From NCBI RefSeq assembly GCF_058153355.1, contig NZ_CM177019.1: a DNA stretch of 64,000 bases; one strand, given 5' to 3'. A model generated the notes under the pieces. That model was not told the DNA's origin. It searched no databases and saw only the letters and a list, made by a program, of their open reading frames with translations. Made by a program: the position numbers and the translations under genes. Each line of letters begins with the position of its first letter. The first letter of the stretch is position 1. Of the stretch, positions 55,799 through 64,000 are shown piece by piece.

Positions 55799-58042
55799 TT
55801 AGAAACGGAAGGTTGCGGTTGCAACGACCTGACGTTCTGCGCCCCAGAAGCAGCCATAGGTATTAAAGCAGCTGGCGACGTATTCACGATCGAACAGGTT
55901 GTTGACATGCAGCGCCACGTTGGAGCCAGCCATGCCGACCCGCGCCAGATCATAACGCACTAACGCATCCACGACCGTATAACTTCCCACTTTAAAGGAG
56001 TTAGCCGGATCACCATAGCTGGAGCCAGTATAACGACCACCAGTACCCAGCGTCAGGCCAGAAAGCGGACCATCAAAGAAGGTGTAGTCAGCCCACAGCG
56101 AAGCCATATGTTTTGGCACCTGCGCAGGCGTATTGCCTTTGTAGGTAGTATCGGTGGTGTATTCCGCATCGGTGTAAGTATAAGAACCTACTACGTTAAC
56201 ACTCGCCGACAGCGCCGCTTTCGCTTCGATTTCTACGCCACGAGCGCGGATTTCACCACCTTCAACCGAGAAGAAGGAACCCTCAGGGTCCGCCATCAGG
56301 TTGTTGGTTTTAGTGAGATTATACACAGCACCAGTAACCACAATTGGGCGATCTTCCGGTACATATTTCACGCCGACCTCATACTGCTTACCTTTAGACG
56401 GCGCAAAAATATTACCATCCTTCCCAACTTGTGAAGAAGGTTCAAACGATTCGCTATAGCTGAAGTAAGGTGTTACACCATTATCAAACAGGTAGTTAAC
56501 ACCACCACGCCAGGTAAACTGTTTGTCATCACGTTTATCGGTCGTCCCTTCAACGCGGTTATGAGACTCTTGATCCGCCCAGTCATAACGACCGCCCAGG
56601 GTGACCAGCACTTTATCCCACTGCGCCTGATCCTGAACATAAACACCCGTTTGTTTCTGCTTATTCAAAATGCGGTAAGGACCGGAGTTTGCCGGATCTT
56701 TCGCATTGAAGTCGAAATCGGTATTCACCGGATTGTACAGATCGAGCAGCGGTACGGAGTCGTCGTAACCAAACCAGGCGTTGATGTCATTACGCATACG
56801 CATAAAGTCGACGCCGGTCAGCAGAGTGTGGTCGATATCGCCAGTGGCAAACTTGCTCTGCAACTGGGTATCAACGGAGAAGTTTTGCAGCTTCTCATCA
56901 TCAACGACGTATTTACGTGCCAGGTAGTGACCTTTATCGGCTGGCGCTAAAGCGGCACACTGTTTGCTGTAAGCATTCGCCGGATCGGAGCAGACGCCGT
57001 AACCATAAACGCTGTTTTGCGAGGTTTTGTTTTCAGCAAAGCGCAGGTTCTGACGCACAGTAAAGGTGTCGTTAAATTCGTGATCGAAGCTGTAGCCCAC
57101 CATCTTCTCATTACGAGAATAGGTGTTGTTCTTCGCCCCTTCGTTAAAATCTGTCGGCAGACGCTTACCGTTCGGCAGCGGCTCAACGGTTCCCTCTTTC
57201 GGCAGCCAGCCGTAATAACCGGTTTCCGGCTCGTTCTGGAAGTAAGAAAGGAAGGTGAAATTGGTTTTATCATCCGGACGCCAGGTAAACGCTGGCGCAA
57301 TGGCATAACGCTGCTCTTCCGCGCCCTTTTGCTGGGCATTGGCAGAGCGCGCAAGACCGGTCAGGCGATAAGAGTAAACACCGTCATCATCCAGCGCATC
57401 GCTAAAGTCAAAACCGGTCTGGAACAGGCTGTCAGTACCGGCTTTAAACTGAACTTCTTTCAGCGGTTCAGTAGTCGGACGCTTGCTGACCATATTCAAC
57501 AGGCCGCCAGGACTGCTTTTACCGTAAAGCACTGAAACCGGGCCACGCATAATTTCAGCGCGTTCCAGCATATACGGGTCAATGACCGCATCGTTATAGA
57601 AGTTGCCCTGCAACTTCAGGCCATTCAGATAGTTATTCTGGCTTTGGCCTTCTGCCGCAAAGCCGCGAATGATCAGGTGGTCATAGGTGTTGGATGCGCC
57701 ACGCGTACCAACAGAGACACCCGGCGTGTAGCTAAGCGCCTCTTTTACTGACTTCGGCTGATGCAGCGCCATCTCTTCGGCGGTCACAACAGAAATAGAC
57801 TGTGGCACTTTTTGAATCGGTGTATCGGTTTTGGTGCCGGTAGCGGACTGTCGCGCCGCAATAGTTGCAGCTGGCCCCCATGCGCTTTCTTGCGGCGCTG
57901 GTGCAGCGGTAACGGTGATAGTGTCTTCTTTCGGTTCAACCGCTGCCTGTGCATAAACAGACATGCCGCTAACCGCTGTGGCTACTACAACTGCAATTTT
58001 ACGCAGTGAGTGTTTTGGCTGAGCAGTTTTGGAACGCGCCAT
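55799..58042 (-). CDS. fhuA: TonB-dependent ferrichrome outer-membrane receptor
   Basis: 747-aa ORF with signal peptide, TonB box and C-terminal ...ATATFRF; recognised as FhuA. Confidence 0.96.
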   Translation of the reverse strand: MARSKTAQPKHSLRKIAVVVATAVSGMSVYAQAAVEPKEDTITVTAAPAPQESAWGPAATIAARQSATGTKTDTPIQKVPQSISVVTAEEMALHQPKSVKEALSYTPGVSVGTRGASNTYDHLIIRGFAAEGQSQNNYLNGLKLQGNFYNDAVIDPYMLERAEIMRGPVSVLYGKSSPGGLLNMVSKRPTTEPLKEVQFKAGTDSLFQTGFDFSDALDDDGVYSYRLTGLARSANAQQKGAEEQRYAIAPAFTWRPDDKTNFTFLSYFQNEPETGYYGWLPKEGTVEPLPNGKRLPTDFNEGAKNNTYSRNEKMVGYSFDHEFNDTFTVRQNLRFAENKTSQNSVYGYGVCSDPANAYSKQCAALAPADKGHYLARKYVVDDEKLQNFSVDTQLQSKFATGDIDHTLLTGVDFMRMRNDINAWFGYDDSVPLLDLYNPVNTDFDFNAKDPANSGPYRILNKQKQTGVYVQDQAQWDKVLVTLGGRYDWADQESHNRVEGTTDKRDDKQFTWRGGVNYLFDNGVTPYFSYSESFEPSSQVGKDGNIFAPSKGKQYEVGVKYVPEDRPIVVTGAVYNLTKTNNLMADPEGSFFSVEGGEIRARGVEIEAKAALSASVNVVGSYTYTDAEYTTDTTYKGNTPAQVPKHMASLWADYTFFDGPLSGLTLGTGGRYTGSSYGDPANSFKVGSYTVVDALVRYDLARVGMAGSNVALHVNNLFDREYVASCFNTYGCFWGAERQVVATATFRF

Positions 58043-58080
58043 TGGTATATCTCTGATGTAAAGTGAATGATAACGTAAAC

Positions 58081-58114
58081 GAGAATGATTATTATAAAGA
58101 TAAGATAATATTCG
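58081..58114 (-). promoter_or_regulatory. Fur box in fhuA promoter
   Basis: GAGAATGATTATTATAAAGATAAGATAATATTCG, GATAAT/ATTATC-type hexamer repeats, 40-70 bp upstream of fhuA start. Confidence 0.7.
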
Positions 58115-58261
58115 AAACGCTGGCGGGTTCGCAAGCGGTACGCAATCTGAGCATTCCTGAGGGGTTAATAAACAATCAGATGAAAAGAAAGGGTTAATAC
58201 TTTGGGTAGGATGTTATTTTACCGGATGGCGACTCGCCATCCGGTATGTCACGCTTAGACG

Positions 58262-60796
58262 TTAATTACTACCAAACATATCCTTGATCCAACCTGCTAC
58301 GCCGTCACTGTCTTTCTGCTCTTGCTGAGCAGGTTGCTGTTGCGGTTGTTGCTGCGGCTGAGAAGACTGATCAAACGGATTGCCTGACGGTTGCTGCTGA
58401 ATCTCACTCTGCTGGCACAGCGATTGCGGATCGCTGGTCCAGACCGGCAAGACACGCATGCCACCGCTGCAAACAAAGTTGCCGTCGTAGTCCACGCCCA
58501 TATCTGCAATATCTTCTGGTGGAACAAGATTCAGCGGTGTTGGTGTCTGGTTAGCCAGATAACGCTGATAAATCGACATTGCCCCACTGGCACCATACAG
58601 TTTGGTCGGCTGGTTGTTATCACGGCCTACCCAGGTGATGGTCACCGTGCTGCCGTCAATGCCCGCAAACCAGGTATCCACGTTGTTGTTGGTAGTCCCG
58701 GTTTTGCCCGCCAGATGCAGGTTCGGGTATTTCGCCCCAAGCTGACGACCCGTACCGCGTTGTACCACCTGCTGCATGGTCCATAGTGTCAGATACGCCG
58801 CCTGCGCCGGAACCGCGCGTTCCGCCTGCGGGAAGCTCTGATACAACACCTTGCCATCTTCCGCGATTACCGAACGCAGCGCAGAAAGCGGTGCTCGGTT
58901 ACCACCGCTGGCGATGGTCTGGAACGCCTGCGCCACTTCAATTGGCGTTAAGTTCAACGCCCCCAGCAGCATTGCCGGAACCGGATGCAGCTGATCTTTC
59001 GGTACGCCCAGTTTAATCCAGGTATCCGTAACCGCAGGCAGCCCCAACGCCATCCCCAGATTTACCGTCGGCACGTTCATCGAACGAGTCAACGCATCCA
59101 CCAGCATCACTCTGCCACTTTCGCTATAACGACGATCATCGTTCTGCGGTGACCAGACCTGGCCATTCGGCTGACGCAGCGCGATTGGCGCATCGGCAAT
59201 CCACGTGTTCAGGCGATAGATTTTCGGCTGGCTTAAGGCCGTCAGATAAGTCGCTGGTTTTGCAAGGGAACCAATCGAACGACGCGCCTGCATCGCACGG
59301 TTGTAACCTGCAAACTGCGGCTCAGAACCACCAACCATCGCACGAACTTCACCACTAAAGCGGTCGACGACCACAATTGCCGTTTCCAGATCGCTTAACT
59401 TACGCTGTTTCTTCAGTGCCGGAATGCCTTCCACGGCGGCTTTTTCCGCCGCGTCCTGAGCCACCGAGTCAAAGGTAGTGAAGATCTTCACGCCGGAGAG
59501 ATCTTTTACCTTATCGCCTAATTTCGCCTGCAGCTCCTGACGCACCAGTTGCATAAAGGCTGGCTGTGGAGAGATTACCCCACCACGCGGCTGAACCCCC
59601 AGCGGACGTGCACTCAACATGTCATAGAGCTCTTGATCAATAATCTGCTGTTGTTGCAGCAGACGCAGCACCAGGTTACGTCGCTCCAGCGCCAGTTTCG
59701 GGTTACGCCACGGGTTGTAGATCGACGCCCCTTTCACCATACCAACCAACAGCGCCTGCTGGTCGAGACTCAGCTCTTCTACCGGGCGACCAAAGTAGTA
59801 CAGGCTCGCCAGCGGGAAACCGCGGATTTCGTTGTCGCCGCTCTGACCGAGATACACCTCGTTCATATACAGCTCAAGAATGCGGTCTTTGCTGTAACGC
59901 GCATCCATGATCAGCGCCATGTAGGCTTCGTTCGCTTTACGCCAGTAAGAGCGCTCGCTGGAGAGGAACAGGTTCTTCACCAACTGCTGGGTCAGCGTAC
60001 TGGCCCCCTGTACCGTACGACCTGCCATCAGGTTCGCCAGCACGGCACGGCCAATGGAATAGAGACTGATCCCATCATGCTCGTAGAAATGACGGTCTTC
60101 AGTCGCCAACAACGTATCCACCAGCAAGTCAGGGAACCCACTGCGCGGCACAAACAGACGCTGCTCACCGTTTGGTGAAGAGATCATGGTGATCAGGCGC
60201 GGATCAAGACGGAAGAAACCGAACTGACGGTTGTTCTCCATATTGACGATGGTCGCCAGATGATCACCATCAAAAGTCAGACGCGCACGTACCTGCCCTT
60301 CTTTACTGTCCGGGAAATCAAACGGACGGCGGATCATTTCAATGCTGTTGGCCTGCACGGTAAATTCGCCAGGGCGCGTCATTTTCGACACCTGACGATA
60401 CTGGGTCGCCTCCAGCAGCTTCACCATCTCGTTTTTGCTGATGGTCATGTCTGGCTCAAGGTTGACCATTCGGCCATAAACAGCCGCAGGCAATTGCCAG
60501 ACTTTGCCATCAATACGGCTACGAATTTTTTGATCGAGATAAACACCGTAAATGGCGATCAGCACGGCAAAAACGATAGCCAGTTTTAGCAGCAGCCATA
60601 GCCAGCCGCGTTTGCCACGAGGCTTACGCCCTTTGCCTTTGCCCTTACCTTTGCGCGGCATCGGTTCTTCATCCTCATAGTCATCATAATCGTCGTAATC
60701 ATCGTCATCTTCGTAACGACGACGGCTTACCTTTTGTTTGACCGGACGCGTCGGTTTCCCTTTGCGTCCAATTGGCTCGCGGTCATTCCCGGCCAT
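58262..60796 (-). CDS. mrcB: penicillin-binding protein 1B (bifunctional glycosyltransferase/transpeptidase)
   Basis: ORF track 58262-60811; recognised PBP1b starts [18 protein letters not shown] (844 aa). Confidence 0.95.
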   Translation of the reverse strand: MAGNDREPIGRKGKPTRPVKQKVSRRRYEDDDDYDDYDDYEDEEPMPRKGKGKGKGRKPRGKRGWLWLLLKLAIVFAVLIAIYGVYLDQKIRSRIDGKVWQLPAAVYGRMVNLEPDMTISKNEMVKLLEATQYRQVSKMTRPGEFTVQANSIEMIRRPFDFPDSKEGQVRARLTFDGDHLATIVNMENNRQFGFFRLDPRLITMISSPNGEQRLFVPRSGFPDLLVDTLLATEDRHFYEHDGISLYSIGRAVLANLMAGRTVQGASTLTQQLVKNLFLSSERSYWRKANEAYMALIMDARYSKDRILELYMNEVYLGQSGDNEIRGFPLASLYYFGRPVEELSLDQQALLVGMVKGASIYNPWRNPKLALERRNLVLRLLQQQQIIDQELYDMLSARPLGVQPRGGVISPQPAFMQLVRQELQAKLGDKVKDLSGVKIFTTFDSVAQDAAEKAAVEGIPALKKQRKLSDLETAIVVVDRFSGEVRAMVGGSEPQFAGYNRAMQARRSIGSLAKPATYLTALSQPKIYRLNTWIADAPIALRQPNGQVWSPQNDDRRYSESGRVMLVDALTRSMNVPTVNLGMALGLPAVTDTWIKLGVPKDQLHPVPAMLLGALNLTPIEVAQAFQTIASGGNRAPLSALRSVIAEDGKVLYQSFPQAERAVPAQAAYLTLWTMQQVVQRGTGRQLGAKYPNLHLAGKTGTTNNNVDTWFAGIDGSTVTITWVGRDNNQPTKLYGASGAMSIYQRYLANQTPTPLNLVPPEDIADMGVDYDGNFVCSGGMRVLPVWTSDPQSLCQQSEIQQQPSGNPFDQSSQPQQQPQQQPAQQEQKDSDGVAGWIKDMFGSN

Positions 60797-60889
60797 GCTT
60801 TTTCTCCGCAATATTCAGGCGCAAAAGCCCGATTTTCTGTTCTTCTGTAACAAGACAGAAGAAGATATCTCTCAAATTTACTTTGGTCT

Positions 60890-63184
60890 TCATGAATACT
60901 TTTTCGTCCGTCGCGTCGGTGCGGTATTTGCCGGATCATCCGGCCAGACGTGTTTGGGATAACGCCCTTTCATTTCTTTTTGCACCTCGCGATACGCTCC
61001 TTTCCAGAAGGCACTCAAATCTCGTGTGATTTGCAGCGGCCTTTGGGCAGGAGAAAGCAACTCCAGCACCAGCGGCACACGCCCCTGGGCGATCGTCGGA
61101 TTGGTGGCCTCGCCAAACATCTCCTGCATTCTCACCGCCAGCGCGGGCGGGTTATCTTCATGGTAACGAATGGCGATCCGGCTTCCCGTCGGCACAGTGT
61201 AATGCGCAGGCAATTCACTATCCAGACGTTGCTGCATCCCCCAATCAAGTAATCCGCGTAGCGCCTGATAAATATCGAGTGATTTCAGGCCGCGTAGCGA
61301 ATGTACGCCTGCCATATGCGGCAGTAGCCACGTTTCCAGCGTCGCCAACAAACTTTCATCATCAACCGCTGGCCAGTCATATTCTGGCAACCACCTGGCG
61401 GCGCATAACAAACGCAAGCGTAGCTGTTCCGCTTCCGGCGTCCAGTTAAGCACGCTTAAGCCTTTATCACGAACGCCGTTAAGCATCGCCTGATGCAGCT
61501 CGTCTTCTGAAGGCTTCGCCAGCGGCTGCACTTTTACCGTCAGTTGACCAATTTGCAACCGACGCCAGGCTTTCAGCGTACCTTGCGCATCATCCCACTC
61601 CACGGTGTCCGATTGCTGCACCAGCTGCGGACAGCGTTGCACTAATTCATCGATATCGACCGGTAGCGCCAGTAAAATCCGCGCATCCGGCGAGGCGCTA
61701 CCCTGCAATAATAACGGTGCGATAAGCGAACTGTCTGCCTCACCGCCGCGTACGTTTAAGCGCTTTAACAGTTGCTGGCTACGTTGCTGCCAGGCAGGTT
61801 GATTGCGCGAAAACGCCACGCCCAGATCGATATTGCCCATCCGTGGTGGCTCTTCGAGAATAGCGGCAATTTTTGCAGCGGTAGCAGCTTCGTCGTCGCT
61901 CTTTACGCTCACCAGCATTGCCGCTAAACGCGGATCGTTACCCAGCGTCGCCATTTTCTGCCCTTTCGTGCTTAGCCGTTCACCGTCCATCGCCCCCAGC
62001 ATCCGCAACAGGCGTTTCGCGGCCTGTAAATTCACGGCTGGCGGTTGATCCAGCCAGCTCATCTGCGCCGGATCGCTGCATCCCCATTGCAGTAATTCCA
62101 TCAGCAAACCGGAAAGATCGCTTTGTAAGATCTCCGGTTCACTTTGTGCGGCAGCGCGTTCTGCTTGTTCTTTGGCGATTAAATGCAGGCAGATACCCGG
62201 CTCCAGACGCCCGGCACGCCCGGCACGCTGCGTCATCGACGCCTGACTGATTCGCTGAGTAATCAACCGCGTAAGTCCTGTACGCGGATCAAAACGCGCC
62301 ACCCTTTCCTGGGCGCAATCCACCACCAGACGAATACCTTCGATGGTTAAACTGGTTTCAGCAATATTGGTTGCCAGCACCACTTTGCGCATCCCTTCTG
62401 GTGCCGGAAGGATCGCTTTTCGCTGATCGTTCAGCGACAACGCGCCATACAGCGGGCAGAGCAACACATCACTACCGATGCGCGAAGCCAGTTGTTCCTG
62501 AACGCGCTGAATTTCTCCGACACCAGGTAAAAATAACAGTAATGAGCCGCTTTCCTGATGCAGCAATTCGGCGGTGGCAACCGCCACGGCTTCATCAAAA
62601 CGCTGATGAGCGAGCAGCGGTAAATATCGGCGTTCAACCGGAAATGAGCGCCCTTCTGAGATGACGACGGGCGCTTCTGGCAGCATCTGCTGCAAGCGGT
62701 CATTGTCCAGCGTAGCCGACATAATCAGTAGTTTAAGGTCATCACGCAGACCTTGTTGCACATCGAGTAACAGCGCCAACGCCAGATCCGCCTGCAAGCT
62801 GCGCTCATGAAACTCATCGAGGATCACCAATCCAACGCCGCTCAGTTCAGGGTCACGCTGGATCATGCGCGTCAACACGCCTTCGGTAACTACTTCCAGG
62901 CGAGTATTTGGCCCGACACAGTTTTGCGCGCGCATCCGGTAGCCTACCGTATCACCTGTTTTTTCGTTAAGCAGTTCCGCCAGTCGTTGCGCAACGTTAC
63001 GCGCCGCCAGGCGACGCGGCTCCAGCAGGATAATTTTTCCGTTAATGCCGGGATGCGCCAGCAGTTGCAGCGGCAGCCAGGTTGATTTCCCGGCCCCGGT
63101 CGGCGCACTTAATAACACCTGCGGTGCACCATCGAGGGCAGCAAGTAACTCAGGTAAGACGACGGCAACGGGCAACGACGACAC
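60890..63184 (-). CDS. hrpB: ATP-dependent RNA helicase HrpB (DEAH-box); appears about 45 codons shorter than the K-12 reference I recall
   Basis: ORF track 60890-63229 (779 aa from ATG); recalled HrpB start (M)SSLPVAVVLPELLAAL corresponds to the GTG at 63182-63184, giving 764 aa; motifs GAGKST, DEFH, SAT present. Confidence 0.85.
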   Translation of the reverse strand: MSSLPVAVVLPELLAALDGAPQVLLSAPTGAGKSTWLPLQLLAHPGINGKIILLEPRRLAARNVAQRLAELLNEKTGDTVGYRMRAQNCVGPNTRLEVVTEGVLTRMIQRDPELSGVGLVILDEFHERSLQADLALALLLDVQQGLRDDLKLLIMSATLDNDRLQQMLPEAPVVISEGRSFPVERRYLPLLAHQRFDEAVAVATAELLHQESGSLLLFLPGVGEIQRVQEQLASRIGSDVLLCPLYGALSLNDQRKAILPAPEGMRKVVLATNIAETSLTIEGIRLVVDCAQERVARFDPRTGLTRLITQRISQASMTQRAGRAGRLEPGICLHLIAKEQAERAAAQSEPEILQSDLSGLLMELLQWGCSDPAQMSWLDQPPAVNLQAAKRLLRMLGAMDGERLSTKGQKMATLGNDPRLAAMLVSVKSDDEAATAAKIAAILEEPPRMGNIDLGVAFSRNQPAWQQRSQQLLKRLNVRGGEADSSLIAPLLLQGSASPDARILLALPVDIDELVQRCPQLVQQSDTVEWDDAQGTLKAWRRLQIGQLTVKVQPLAKPSEDELHQAMLNGVRDKGLSVLNWTPEAEQLRLRLLCAARWLPEYDWPAVDDESLLATLETWLLPHMAGVHSLRGLKSLDIYQALRGLLDWGMQQRLDSELPAHYTVPTGSRIAIRYHEDNPPALAVRMQEMFGEATNPTIAQGRVPLVLELLSPAQRPLQITRDLSAFWKGAYREVQKEMKGRYPKHVWPDDPANTAPTRRTKKYS

Positions 63185-63257
63185 AAAACGCTCCAGAGGG
63201 TTAACATTCTTCGCGCCACATTGTAGCATCGCGGTAATGCATAACCGAGTACCTCAC

Positions 63258-64000
<743 letters not shown>

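Overview
This window reads as conserved Escherichia coli-type core chromosome, and I found no candidate for a novel biological system in it. It is the reverse complement of the rrnH-to-sfsA segment: the 5' part of a 23S rRNA, tRNA-Ala, tRNA-Ile and a complete 16S rRNA on the minus strand (rrnH promoter region at about 2760-2990), followed by a tightly packed run of housekeeping genes: gmhB, metNIQ, rcsF, trmO, proS, yaeF, nlpE, arfB, yaeQ, yaeP, rof, tilS, yaeR, ldcC, accA, dnaE, rnhB, lpxB, lpxA, fabZ, lpxD, skp, bamA, rseP, cdsA, uppS, dxr, frr, pyrH, tsf, rpsB, map, glnD, dapD, yaeH, cdaR, degP, dgt, mtn, btuF, yadS, erpA, clcA, hemL, fhuBDCA, mrcB, hrpB, thpR and the start of sfsA. Gene calls rest on reading the supplied translations and recognising the proteins; start codons were trimmed where the ORF track over-extends (proS, fabZ, rseP, rpsB, yaeR, btuF, erpA, fhuC, fhuD, mrcB, cdaR, thpR, yaeP, hrpB). 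I see no integrase, transposase, IS element, prophage, CRISPR array or foreign-looking island. The only things worth a second look are strain-level differences from what I recall of the K-12 reference, all of which need an alignment to confirm: hrpB appears about 45 codons short in frame, yaeI appears to be missing between dapD and yaeH, and some intergenic regions with REP-type palindromes appear shorter. No search or alignment was run; all comparisons to a reference are from memory.
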